NCBI RefSeq assembly: GCF_011745625.1
Contig: NW_027191504.1
Coordinates: forward strand, 1 to 64,000
Direction of reading: 5' to 3'
Length of the DNA stretch: 64,000 bases
Source: Cladosporium halotolerans
Taxonomy: Eukaryota
Part shown: positions 24,866 through 36,430 of the stretch, one piece after another
Numbering within the stretch: the first letter of the stretch is position 1
How the letters are laid out: every line of letters starts with the position of its first letter
Position numbers and translations under genes: made by a program
Notes under the pieces: generated by a model
What the model was told of the DNA's origin: nothing
The model's input: only the letters and a program-made list of their open reading frames with translations
Databases searched by the model: none

Positions 24866-25744
24866 AGCCAGGAGCCACCAAGCCACGCCCGGCACCGCGC
24901 TGCCCTCGACGCCTCTGTCCTCACTTCTCAGTAGTCTACCTTAATTACCCTCGAACGAGCCTGATCGCCCCGCCGCTTCTGCATGCCCTCGTCCGCGCCC
25001 TCGCCCGCGCTGCCTTCTCGCTGCAACCCAATCCGCCCCTCTCAAACTCTGCCCGCCGCACCCTGCCCGTCCTTCGTCCCGAATCGGCCTGCCCGCGCGC
25101 AATCCTGCCGCCGACCGCAACCCCATCGGCCTGGCGCTCGCTTGCTCGACGCCCGGATCGACCACGGCCATCTACCTTATCTTGAAGCATGATTCCAGCG
25201 CGCCGCGCAGGCGGCGCCTCGCCGTCGATCGCTGCATTACCCTGATCCAGCCTCAGCTTCCCCTCCCCTCTTCACGCCGCTCGCCATGTCGCAATATCTC
25301 TCCGACTGCAGGTACCCTCGGCGCGCCGTCGCTGCGATGCTCCCAGCGCCGCCGCGCTCCCAGCCGTCTGCGCAGCCCGTCGCCCGTCGCCCGCGCCCAC
25401 GCCGCCGACCTCTCGGGAGCGGTGCCTAGCGAGCATGGCTGAATCAGCCTTTCCCCATCGCCCTCCTCACCACGAGACGGCCGCCGCCACATCCAGACCC
25501 GGCACGCCGCAGCGGAGCGCCATCCGCCAGCGATCACCTCCGCCAAGCCGCCACGCCCACCCCACGCGAGCCAATGGCTGCTGACGTCGGCGCATCCCAG
25601 CGCGCGCTAGCACCAAAGCGTGACGAGCCCTCACCTGTCTATACCGACTATGCCACTTTCACCCACCTGTCTCCCACCTCACCTCCCCGAACCCCCGTCC
25701 CCATCCTCCGCATCCGCACCCGCAGAGCGAAAGCAAAAAAAAAC

Positions 25745-26618
25745 ATGTTCGCCACCCGCCGTTTCGCCTCGGCCGCCCCGCGCGCCATTGGCGCCGCCCG
25801 CTCCTTCCAGTCGTCGGCGCGCTTCAACGTCGCCGTGGGCGACTCCATCCCCAGCGTCGACCTGGTCGAGTCCTCGCCCGGCAACAAGGTCGACCTCGCC
25901 AAGGAGCTCAAGACCGGCAAGGGTGTCGTCGTCGGTGTGCCGGCCGCCTTCAGTATGCTTATGCTTTCCCCGCCCACCCACGGTACGAGTGATTCGTCGT
26001 ACCTGCGGCTGACACGCATCCTCCCCGACCCAAAGGCCCGGCGTGTTCCAGCTCCCACGTGCCCGGTTATGTCAACCACCCGGCGCTGAAGAACGCCGGC
26101 AAGGTGTTTGTCGTTTCCGTCAACGACCCTTTCGTGTAAGTCGTATTGCTCGTAACGCTGTTCGCACTTCCCACCTTCCCGAATAGTCACCACGCAAACA
26201 ACCCCCTCCCCTCCCCATACCACCCTTCTAACAAAACCTCCCACCAGCATGGGCGCCTGGGCCACCGCCCTCGACCCCACCGGCAGCAGCGGCATCCGCT
26301 TCCTCGCCGACCCGCACGGCGCCCTGACCTCCGCCCTCGACCTGTCCTTCGACAGCGCCGCCATCTTCGGCAACGCCCGCAGCAAGCGCTACGCCCTCGT
26401 GGTCGAGGACGGCAAGGTCGTCCAGGCCCACGTCGAGCCCGACAACACTGGATTGAACGGTGAGTTCCGTCCTCATGTTTCCCTTTTTGCCTTTTCCTGC
26501 CTTGGCGGCAGTGGAAGGATTCGAAGTCTCTGGGACCTGGGTTTGCTTCCGTTGGCCACGTGCGCTGACGCGGGTTTGCGTTTGTTTAGTGAGCGCCGCT
26601 GAGAAGGTGCTGGGTTAA
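25745..26618 (+). CDS. Prx5/Ahp1/Pmp20-type peroxiredoxin (Redoxin) with probable mitochondrial presequence; four exons
   Basis: Arg/Ala/Ser-rich N-terminus MFATRRFASAAPRAIGAARSF, then GVPAAFS|PACSSSHVPGY (peroxidatic Cys), SVNDPFV|MGAW, RFLADP, RSKRYALVVEDG and VSAAEKVLG*. Confidence 0.93.
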
Positions 26619-27603
26619 GGCTTGAGCTTGTCGAGCGTGGTTTTGTCTTATCGCAAGTTGGACGTGAGGGGATCTAGACTTCGAGAGAAAGTCTTGGGGA
26701 AATGAAGAGTGAGAGTTGGACATGGCTTGACTTGTCCGTTTGTACAACAAAACGAATGTACTTCTGCATCATCAAAACCGCAACCGCGACTTCCCAACGC
26801 CAAATCCCAAACCCCCCAAGACCCATATCCCCAAGGGGGAGCTCACCTGTCCCAAACCCTCTCGAGCAGACTTCCCTGGCAAGCCAAACAGGCCGCAGGA
26901 ATCCCATGCATCCAGATACAGCACCCCTCCAACCCACCTCCCTTCGCGGCCCTCCGAAATCGAAACCTTCAGGACCAACCCCGCCCCGCACCGCCCCGCC
27001 CAGCACGTGCGACTAGTGCTAAGTAGGCACTGACTACTAACTCTCCAACGGGCGGAGAATACTCCCACTCCCACTCCCCACCCACATCCCTGCACATCTG
27101 TCCCGTGTTTTCCTTCCGCGTCACGTGCGGGAGAGCACAAGGGCTTGCTTTGTGGACTAGCCTGTTAGAATTGGGGACTACGAGCTTGGCGATGAGCAGT
27201 CGATGAGCAGTCGATGCGCTGCGGAGTGGGAAGGTCTGAGCGAGTCGGTCTGGCGGGATGGCTGGCGGAATTTTCGAAGTGACTGAACGCATAGGGCATT
27301 GTTCGAGTTCGAGCGGGGCCTTGGGCTGTCGTTTTGTCGTCGATTGATCGATGGGGACAGTGAGCAAGCAAGGGAAGGGGTTCGACGATGACGAGGACGG
27401 TGACGGTGACGGTGGTAGTAGGCTCCTTCCTATACACGAGTGTATCTACATAGCGAAGCTCAAAAGAAAAAGAAAAAAAAAAGCAATCCCTCATCTTCCA
27501 TCACAAAATAAACAAGCAAACCATACCATAGAGACAAGTCAACGAAAAAAACATCGAGGGTATCACAACAACCGCTCCCCACCATATCCCACGTCACCTC
27601 ACC

Positions 27604-30555
27604 TCACTTCCCAACATAACTCCCCCCCACAACCCTCCTGCTCCCCCCACAAACCCTCCACCCACCCCCAACCTCCTCGTCAGCGAACGGATCCGCCTCG
27701 CCGCCACTCTCCCCCCTAACACTAACCCCCACCGCAACACCCCCACCGCCCAACTCCCACCTAGCCTCCACAGCCCCGCCCCTCGCCTCGCCCTCCGTCG
27801 CAAACCGCGCGAGCAGCTTCGCCGGCGCCGCGCCGGGCATCAGAACAACATCGCCCAGCGGCCAGAAAATCAAGCTCCGGTCGCGCGAAAAGGTCCCCAC
27901 GGGTTTGGAGAGGCAAGACGAAGCTTTGGCGCCGTCGAGCGAGAGGGCGAGGACGACGTTCGAGAGGGCCAGGGGCTCGGTGGTCTGGTAAGCCGGGTTC
28001 AGGCTGTAGGAGAGGATGATGGAGGTCTGGGCTGGTTCGATCTTGGTCGCGAGGGAGAGGAGCAGCGGCGCGGCGGAGGCGCCGGCGGGGGCTTGATATT
28101 TGAAGGCGACTTGGGGCTTGGCGAGGATGCTGGCGAGGGAGACGGCGTACTCGCCTTCCTTTTCTGGGACGGGGGAGATGAAGGCCGGGTTGGGGGCGAC
28201 TTTTTCGAGGCGGGAGAAGTTGTCGAGGCGGAGCGTGTCGGTGCCGAACGGGGTGGAGAAGTCGGGCGGGTTGTAGGCGAGGGCGATTTCGCCGATGAGG
28301 GAGGAGGAGGTGAGGGCGCCGTTTTCGAAGCGCGCGTTGACTGTTTCGATGATGGAGGTGTTGAGGCCGGGGTCGGTGAGGTCCGGGTGGCGGTGGGCGC
28401 CTTGGCTGCCGGTGCTGGTTAGGGAGCGGCCGGAGCGGATGGATTGGGTGTCGCCGGCGAGGTCGGCGCCCAGGCCGGGTTGGCGGGATGCTGGGCGGAA
28501 GGGAGAGCTGTTGTCTGCTGGGGAGAAGGGGGAGAAGGTGGAAGTCGCAAGCCCTCCTGCAGGGGAGAACCCGCCTGGCGAAGAGGGAGACGCGACGGGG
28601 GGTGAGGCAATGTTGGTCTGCACGGGCTCTCGTGAAGTGGTCTCGGGAACCGGAGCTACTGGAGCAGGTGCGATCTCTGCCGCTTCAGTCTCAGGAATCT
28701 GCTGCTCTACGGGCGGCGGGATGTAGCTGTTGCGCATCTCACGGCGACCACGGACGGTGCCGAGTCTCTGAGGTGGCGCTTGCTATTGGGCAGTCAGTAC
28801 AATAATCACATCTCCTTCAATCCGTAGCACTTACCATTTGAAGCTTGTTTGCCATGCTGGCCATGGCAGCTTGCGCATCGGCGCCTTGTTCATCTTGGAT
28901 CGGCGCATTGCGAATGTTGACGTTGAACTGCGGAGGCACGTTCTCGCCAGACTCTGCAGCATCCTGCTGTGCCTGCGTGATCGGGTCCACATCCCTCGCA
29001 GGAACAGAGTAGCCCTCGCTGTCTTTCTCCGGCTCGGCGATGACAGGCGCCGCCGCCGGTTGCGGCTGAGTGGCTTGAGGAGGCTGCAAGTCTGCGAGGT
29101 CACCTTGGTGGCTGCCGTTGGGGATATTCGAAGCAATGGCCGCGGCGCCGCCGGCACCTGCGACTGCGCCTAGACCGGTGGCTGCAGCCACACCGTTTAC
29201 GCCAGAACCGTGGCTCTCCTGTGGTGGCGGCGACGGGCTACGAGGTTCGTGACTCGGGCGGCTCGACGACGACTCCAAGATCTCGCTACCCGCTCGCAAT
29301 GGTGAGTGCGGCCTTTGCTGTTCGCCAGGTGGGGCGAGATTGGGGGTATCTTTCGAACCACCCAGCCTTCCTTTGAACGAGTTGAACGGCGATGCTTTAG
29401 GCCTTCTTTCAGGCGACTCCGACATGGATGCCAATTGCTGGGGATGCTTGCTTTCCCTGTTTCGTCGTCCCATAACAGTGCCGAGTCTCTTGAGACCCTT
29501 GAGCGGGCCCTTCTCCTTCTTCTCGGGTAAAGGCGCAGGCGCCTGGCCGTTCTCCTCGCTCGCATGCGAGACAGAACGACCCAGTGACGAGCCCGCAGTG
29601 CCTGTCCGAGATGGCGTGCCCATTGCAGGTCCAGACGAAGCGTGTGTAGGCGGCCTGTTTTCCACGGCCTGCAGGGCGAACGTCTTGATCTCATCCGCGG
29701 TCTCCACGTTGAGCAGGATGTTGAGAACCTGCTCTGCCGAGACGCGGTGCTTCTCCACCTGATCGACCTCGTGTGTCTGGAACTGCGTGAGGACATCCCT
29801 CAGGTGATTCCACCGCGACTCGTCTGCGGCCTGCAGGCTCTCGAACACGTACGGTGCCTGGGATTCCCACTGCGCCTGTGTTGTCTCCAGGTCCGAGGTC
29901 GCGCCTGCGACTTTGCTGGTGTCGCCTTTGCTGTGAAGCTTGTCTACCTTTTGCCTCGCGCGATCGACGTCGCGCGCGATGTGTCCCAGGTTCCCCTGCA
30001 TGTTTGCCATGGCCGTCATCTCACGGTTACTGCCGACGAACTCGCGCAGCGGCCGCTCGACGTCGACCTCGATCTTCGACGCGAGCAGCGAGTGCGACTC
30101 GGCCAGGTTCTCTGCCGAGTTCGTGAGAGTGTTCCATGGAGCCGCGAAGGTGCTGTGATCCAGTCAGCTTCCGAGCGATCGCATTGAGCCAGCCAAAACG
30201 CCCTACCCAAGGTCCGCGCCCTCAATGTTGCGCCTAGCGAGTTTCCGCAGGCCATTAGAGTACAACTCTTCCAAGCGTCGGCGCTCCTGCATCGCCAATC
30301 GTGTAAGCCCGTCGCTCCCGCGTGATTCATGAAAGCCAATGGCCCCGTCTCGTCCTTACTTGCAACCAATCCGCGATCTCGGTGTTCAGCCTGCCGACCT
30401 GCCTGACGCGATCGTTCAACACATCGACCGCCTGGCCCGGCTGCAAATTCGCCTGCGCAATCGTCAGCACCTCCCGCGACGATGTTTCTCTACGGTCCGC
30501 GCAGCGCGGACGCAGCGACACGCACCAGCATGGCGGGGTATTCGGTGCGCTCCAT
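27604..30555 (-). CDS. SYP1: Muniscin endocytic adaptor (F-BAR plus mu-homology domain), Syp1/FCHo; five exons
   Basis: MERTEYPAML|ANLQPGQAV...EIADWLQ|ERRRLEELY, WESQAPYVFESLQAADESRWNHLRDVLTQFQTHEVD, and muHD start GLNTSIIETVNARFENG...GEIALAYN. Confidence 0.9.
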
Positions 30556-31359
30556 GGCCACGGTGCGCGCGATCAGCGAGCGCTCAAAACGACTGTACAG
30601 ATATTATGGGCAGAAGGCCGTATGGAAGTATGCATGCGTGGGGGGGGGAGGGTGGTTGGGTGGTCGTTTGTTGCTATGTGGAAGCTGGGGACGGCCGGCC
30701 GCGGCGGCGGGCCTCGGGAGGTGAGGCTGCGGCTCGTTCGGTTGGTGACGAATCTCTGGGTTCGAGCTTCCAGGCCCTGCTCATCATCACGAATCATGCA
30801 CGGACAGAAGATGACCGGGACGAAACACAACAGTGCACGCTGTGAAACTTGCTGACGGTGATCTGTCTTCTTTAGGGATATATCAAGTATCAATGCTACG
30901 TGAGAGTGATGAGAATCCATATGGCAGTATTGCTGTGTGCAGTTCGACTACAGGTTTCAGGTGATGTAATTGTATCGAATGCGTCATCCGCGCAAGATGT
31001 ACTACACTGAACGGCGTAGTACGTTGTCATGCCCATGAATCGCTCACTCATGATAAGTCGTCAATGGCTACAGATACAGATAACGTAGGATTAATGAAAA
31101 GCATTTTCACAGATATTAATGCTCAAGCTTGGTGACAAAGCAGCTGTGCCGTAGGCGAATGATCTGGCAATCGGTTGTGTCAATAAAGGTTGGTGATTAA
31201 TGAGGGTCATAAATTGAGCAATGAGAACAGGTGATTTTATGATGCAGTAATTGGTATTATGCAATATGTGTTTGCTATTATACAATAAACATCAGAGCAT
31301 AACTCATTCTTCGTTAAAACCCATTCCGAGAGCGCCTTCCATTGCGACGTGATGTGCAG

Positions 31360-32049
31360 TTACTCGATGTCGATCTTCCTGAGAGCCGGGGCCGGGGCTT
31401 TCGGGACGACAATGGAAAGGATGCCGTCCTTCAGACTAGCCTTGACGGCTTCTTGGTCGACACGCTGCGGGAATGAGAACGAGCGTGCGAATGATCCCAC
31501 CGACCGCTCTGAGAACCAGTAGTTGGGAGCATCATCTTGCTGTGCTTGGGCAACTTCCTGAGATTGAGCTGCAGGCGCTTCCGAAGCGGCGGGCGTCTCG
31601 GCAGGTGTTGCGTCTGGGTTGGCGCCGGAGGCGGTGGCCTCGTCCTCGACGGAGGCCTTGTGGTAGTTGGTGGAGCTAGCGACGCTCTCAGTCTCGGCAG
31701 CGTCGGCTAGCTTCTGCTGCTCAGCCGGAGACTCGATAGAGGCTGGGCGGCGACCCTCTTCCCTCACAGATTCGGTACGGCCACGGATAGAAAGGGTGGT
31801 TGGGTCGGTGAACTCGATGTTGATGTCTTTCTGGGCGATTCCGGGAAGCTCGCCGTGAAGTTCGTAGGCGTCTTTGCTCTCCTTCATGTCAAAGCGTGGC
31901 TGGAAGGTTCGCATGGAGTTCGTGAAGGACGGGCCAGCGCGGCTAGCCATTACATTGGCATAGTCGTCCAAGAGGCGAAACAAGCCGGAGTCACCCCTGG
32001 AGAACAGAGGTGACAACTCGTGAGCGGCGAAGCGTGGGAAGAATGCCAT
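31360..32049 (-). CDS. hsp30: Small heat-shock protein (Hsp20/alpha-crystallin, Hsp30-like), intronless
   Basis: MAFFPRF, PRFDMKESKDAYELHGELPG, SERSVGSFARSFSFP and VKASLKDGILSIVVPK. Confidence 0.94.
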   Translation of the reverse strand: MAFFPRFAAHELSPLFSRGDSGLFRLLDDYANVMASRAGPSFTNSMRTFQPRFDMKESKDAYELHGELPGIAQKDINIEFTDPTTLSIRGRTESVREEGRRPASIESPAEQQKLADAAETESVASSTNYHKASVEDEATASGANPDATPAETPAASEAPAAQSQEVAQAQQDDAPNYWFSERSVGSFARSFSFPQRVDQEAVKASLKDGILSIVVPKAPAPALRKIDIE

Positions 32050-32192
32050 GTTGCGTGCTTGAGTTGGGATGGTCTTGCTGATGCGGCAGACTTGAGGCGT
32101 CGTGTTGTGGATGCGGTAGATCTGCATATGAGCGCTTTGATGATTCGTCTTGTTGTGATGATGAGACTGTAAGAGATGGCTCAGAGCACTTC

Positions 32193-32198
32193 TTTATA
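32193..32198 (-). promoter_or_regulatory. TATA box of the small HSP gene
   Basis: TATAAA on the minus strand about 145 bp upstream of the ATG. Confidence 0.65.
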
Positions 32199-32384
32199 CC
32201 TACCTGGCAGCCTACGTCGAACATGCTAGCAATTACCAGCTGTCTCTTGCTTACTCTCGTGATCACACTCACGATATGGCAAAGAAGTTGCTAGAGTGTG
32301 GCAATGATCCGGGAGCATCCACGGTAATTTCTGGCAGTCACTGGTAAGGACTAGGTACGTCTGACCAACATGTTTGTATGTAGC

Positions 32385-32410
32385 CTTCTAGAAGCTTCGA
32401 GGCTTTTCCA
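32385..32410. promoter_or_regulatory. Heat-shock element (HSE) upstream of the small HSP gene
   Basis: cTTCtaGAAgcTTCga gives three perfectly phased inverted nGAAn units at 32386-32398, about 340 bp upstream of the ATG. Confidence 0.8.
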
Positions 32411-32942
32411 AAGAGCGGCGGGTGAAGGGTGACAGCTTGGGTCACGTGGCTCTTCACATGCTGATGGGAGAGTGGCCGTTCTAGCAGGGTATGGTGCCTT
32501 GTGTATGGATGAGGGCGCTGCTTGCCGCCGTCCGGGCTTTGGGTTACTCGCAGCCAGAGGGTGGAGCGCAAGGATGAGGCGAAGAAGCGATATGGTGGAC
32601 TTGACCAATCGGGTAGACCCGCCGCTAGCTCCGGGACGCCAAGAGTCACAAGAGTCCCAACAATCACTGCCCACGACCTGGTAGATGAGCATCGCAGGTA
32701 ACCAACTGCTGGCCTGAAGGATATCACCGGACTATTAGGCCCTCCAAGCAGTAGTTGTAGATGGATGGTCTAGGGACGATGGTCGCACGCCACTTCTCTG
32801 TACTCCTTCTGAAAGTTGAGAGATCGAAGACGGACCTCTTGACTTGTGGGATTCAGCGCGTCACAGGTCTTTCAAACACGAAGAGGAACTGCCTTTGGGC
32901 ATAGCGGGTCAATTTTTCCTTGGTCACATTGCATGGTCGCTT

Positions 32943-34519
32943 CTACAGCCTCGCCTCCACCTCATGACTGGCAGTCTCACTCGGCTGAGATCTCTGAGTG
33001 CCTAGCCGAACAGCCTCCTCGAAAGTCTGCATGAACCGACACACATCGCCGAAAGTGTTGTACAAAGGCACAGGAGCAACACGGATGCACCCAGGCTTCC
33101 TCTTGTCGCAAATGATGCCAGCCGCTTCGAGCGACTTGCTGACTTCTTCCATCACCTCCTCGCGGAGCAGGACACTCAGTTGCGTTCCACGTTGCAGTGG
33201 GTCTGACGGTGTGATGATCTCGAACGGATAGCTGCCGTCGAATGTCCGCTCCGCGATCTGGTTCAGCAGGTGCTCAGCATACGCTGTGAGTAGGAGTGAT
33301 TTGGACCTCAGGTCTTTCATCGACGTCTGCTCGAAGACGGAAAGCGAAGCTGACAGGCAGGTGAGGTCGACAATTGAAGGATTGGACAGCTGGAAGCCCT
33401 GCGCTCCGGGGGTAGGTCTGAATTCTGGCAGGTCGTCAGCTAACCAAGGCTGAATGAGAAGGGACGTGCGGTGAGACTTACTGTTGTCCATCAAGAAGCG
33501 AGAGGACTTCTCATGGCCATACCAGCCCTTCAGAGCCTTGTTCTTCGCGCTGTCGCCGTGCTTCTCGTGCACGAAAGCACCCGCAATCGCACCAGCGCCA
33601 GCGTTCATGTACTTGTAAGTACACCAGCAGGCGAAGTCTACATCCCAGTCGTGCAGCTTCAATTCAACATTACCGGCCGCGTGAGCGAGATCCCAGCCGA
33701 TGGTTACACCCCGAGAGTGAGCGTGCTTGGTGATGGTGGGGATATCCAATAGCTGGCCGCTATAGTACTGGATTCCAGGAAGGAGGATCAGAGCCAGCTC
33801 GTCGGCATGTTGGTCGATGAGCGACAAAATCTTGGTGGTTGAGATAATGTAGCCCTCATCCGGTTCCACCTTCAGCATACAGTCCGCAGGACTGAGGCCG
33901 CGAGATTCGATTTGAGACTCGATCGCGTACTATTGCCGGGGTCAGCACAACCTACCATTTTCTGACAGATGCTGGGGATACTCACGTAGTCGCTGGGAAA
34001 TGGTCGCCACTCCAACATGATCTTGTTCTTCTTGCCCACCGGCTTGTAGAAAGCGGTCATCATCAGGTGCAGGTTGACGGTCAGCGTGTTCATGACCACA
34101 ATCTCCTCAGGCGCGGCGCCAACAATGTCCGCTGATTTCCTCGCACACTCCGCCGCCATGTCTTGGTAAGGCACCAGAGGCGAGTCCTCCAGCTGCGTGA
34201 AATGGCCGCCTACAGCGATGGACCCCCATGTCTGCAGGTAGGCTCCGAGGTATTCTGATACAGCCTTCGGTTGAAGGCCGAGCGAGTTGCCGCAGAAGTA
34301 GATGCTTTCATCGGATGGGCTGGACGCGGTGGCTCGCGTCTGCTCATTTTCGGCCAGACCTTTCCTTTTAAGCTGAGCTTTTGTGGGAACTACGAATTGG
34401 TCTCTGAAGGTCTTGGTGGAGTTGTCTAGTGATTGGGCAAAGTCCAGTGATTGTGTGTTCTCCGGCCACTCTACCACACCACCGTTGCGCAGGAGGCTGA
34501 TCGCATGCTGTGTGTCCAT
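32943..34519 (-). CDS. BNA5: Kynureninase (PLP-dependent); introns at about 33986-33931 and 33481-33425
   Basis: [53 protein letters not shown] (PLP Lys), GWYGH and [10 protein letters not shown]. Confidence 0.96.
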
Positions 34520-35025
34520 TGTGGCGTGTGTGAAGTCAAGAATATGTCGTTAACCGGCAAACGAAGAGGGGAGGCGGCATGCACTGAATATATGCAAGGG
34601 ATCGGACCGGAAGCTCTATCAACGTTTGCTGATCCGTTTGCTACAGCTGCATCCGACGCGAGAGAACCCAAGAGCACATCGGGATCAGGTACCCACATTT
34701 TTCGCGAGTCAAAGTATTGTTGGCTCACGTAATTAAATTCTCTAGAGCAACAGCCTATTGGCGAATAGTGGTACCGCACCCAAGCCGGCTTTCTGCAGGT
34801 GATTGTCACCTTCCCGATGCGACAAATTCACTCCACATCCGACGCCCCTTCCGCTTCCGTCGGAGCTTCACAAACTTCCGATGCTAAGCAATCCGACAGT
34901 GCTGAACAGAAGATGCGAGATGTGGTCAATTTACAATCGATACATATAACCTAATTGGATGCCATTTAGGACGAAAGTACGCTTTCACACGTCGTTTTCT
35001 TTTTTTCAGCGACATAGCATCAACC

Positions 35026-36341
35026 ATGAGTCCGCACAAAGTCGATCTTCTTCCTTCATCGTTGGCTCTTGCCTCCTATGGCATCTCTGAGAATGGTTTT
35101 CTTCCAGCAGAGCCTCCTCTACAACAGCTGCCTAATGCCTACTATCACCCTTGGGAACGTATCATCAGCCGACTCCCTGAGCTTCTCCGAGCAGGCCTGG
35201 TACGAGTACAAGTCGATGCGTTGCCGGTCCTCGACACAGTCCATCTGCACAACGAGGCCGACTTCCAGAGAGCGTATTCGATGCTTGCAGTTATAGCACA
35301 AGCGTACATTTGGCAAGGTCCCGAACCTTCGCAGGTAAGTCGAACGCGATCAGAACACCCTTCCGCTGAATCGATGCTAATGATCGCCAGCGTCTCCCTC
35401 CATCAATTTGCGTGCCTTTTTTGGAAGCAGCAAAGCGTTTAGAGGTCGTTCCGATTGCGACGTACGCTGCACTTAATCTCTGGAACTGGAGGCTTATACA
35501 AGATGGCACCGACCTGAAAGAGCCCGACAACATGGAAGCCCTGCACACCTTGACGGGCACTGACGATGAGTCTTGGTTCTTCATCATCTCTAACGCCATG
35601 GAAGCGAGAGCTGGGCCGATTATCCAAAGAAGTTTGGCGGCCATTGAGGCAGTTGGCCGGGACGAATCTGCAACTGTCGTTGATACCTTGAGATACTTCC
35701 GCCAACGGATCGACGAGATTGGCCAGCTGCTAGAGCGAATGGATGAGCGCTGCAGGCCACAGACGTTCTATCACGAGATCCGCCCGTTCCTCGCTGGTAG
35801 CATGAATATGGAGGGAGCCGGCCTGCCGAATGGCGTCTTTTACGATGAGGGTAACGGCAAGGGAACCTGGCACAAGTACAGAGGCGGGAGCAACGGCCAG
35901 AGCTCACTGCTGCAATTCTTCGACGCTGTCCTTGGAGTTAAGCATGAGAGATGTGGCGGCTTTCACTCCGAAATGCGAGAGTATATGCCAGGACCACACG
36001 CCAGATTCCTGCGCGATGTCGAAGCTATCGCCAACATTCGCGACTATGTTGACTGCCATCAGAAGAACTCGGATCTGGTCACTGCATACAACGAGGCCGT
36101 TGCGAGTTTAAGTGGCTTCCGCGACAAGCACATTCAGCTCGTGACAAGATACATCATCTTGCCAAGCAGGAAGGGCAAGCCGCAGCAGCAATCTGATCGC
36201 AAAAATCTGGCTACATCGTCGACTGCGCTCGTTGCCGGGAAGCACTCTGTTCAAGAGCTAGTCGGTACCGGAGGGACGAAGCTGATTCCTTTCTTGGGCA
36301 CATCGCGTGACGAGACTAGAGAAGCAGCAGTTGTACGATGA
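35026..36341 (+). CDS. BNA2: Indoleamine 2,3-dioxygenase; exons 35026-35334 and 35391-36341
   Basis: NGFLP, TYAALNLWNW, LTGTDDESWF, FYHEIRPFLAG, YRGGSNGQSS, MREYMPGPH, FRDKHIQLVTRYI (heme His) and GTGGT. Confidence 0.96.
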
Positions 36342-36430
36342 GACCCGTGAAGGAGCACGTAATCTTTTACCGCCTAAAAGCCATACCCAGGTAACCGCAA
36401 GCGGCTATTCGTGGGTAGGCTGCGCCGGCA

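Noticed and set aside
23739..25190. Overlapping 150-400 aa ORFs in all frames
   Set aside because: Very high GC and simple repeats suppress stop codons; this is the SKN7/peroxiredoxin intergenic region.
30894..31021. Possible C/D-box snoRNA (GTGATGA at 30906, CTGA at 31007, weak flanking stem)
   Set aside because: No rRNA-complementary guide was recognised and the stem is offset from the boxes. It needs snoscan or Infernal; not supportable by eye.
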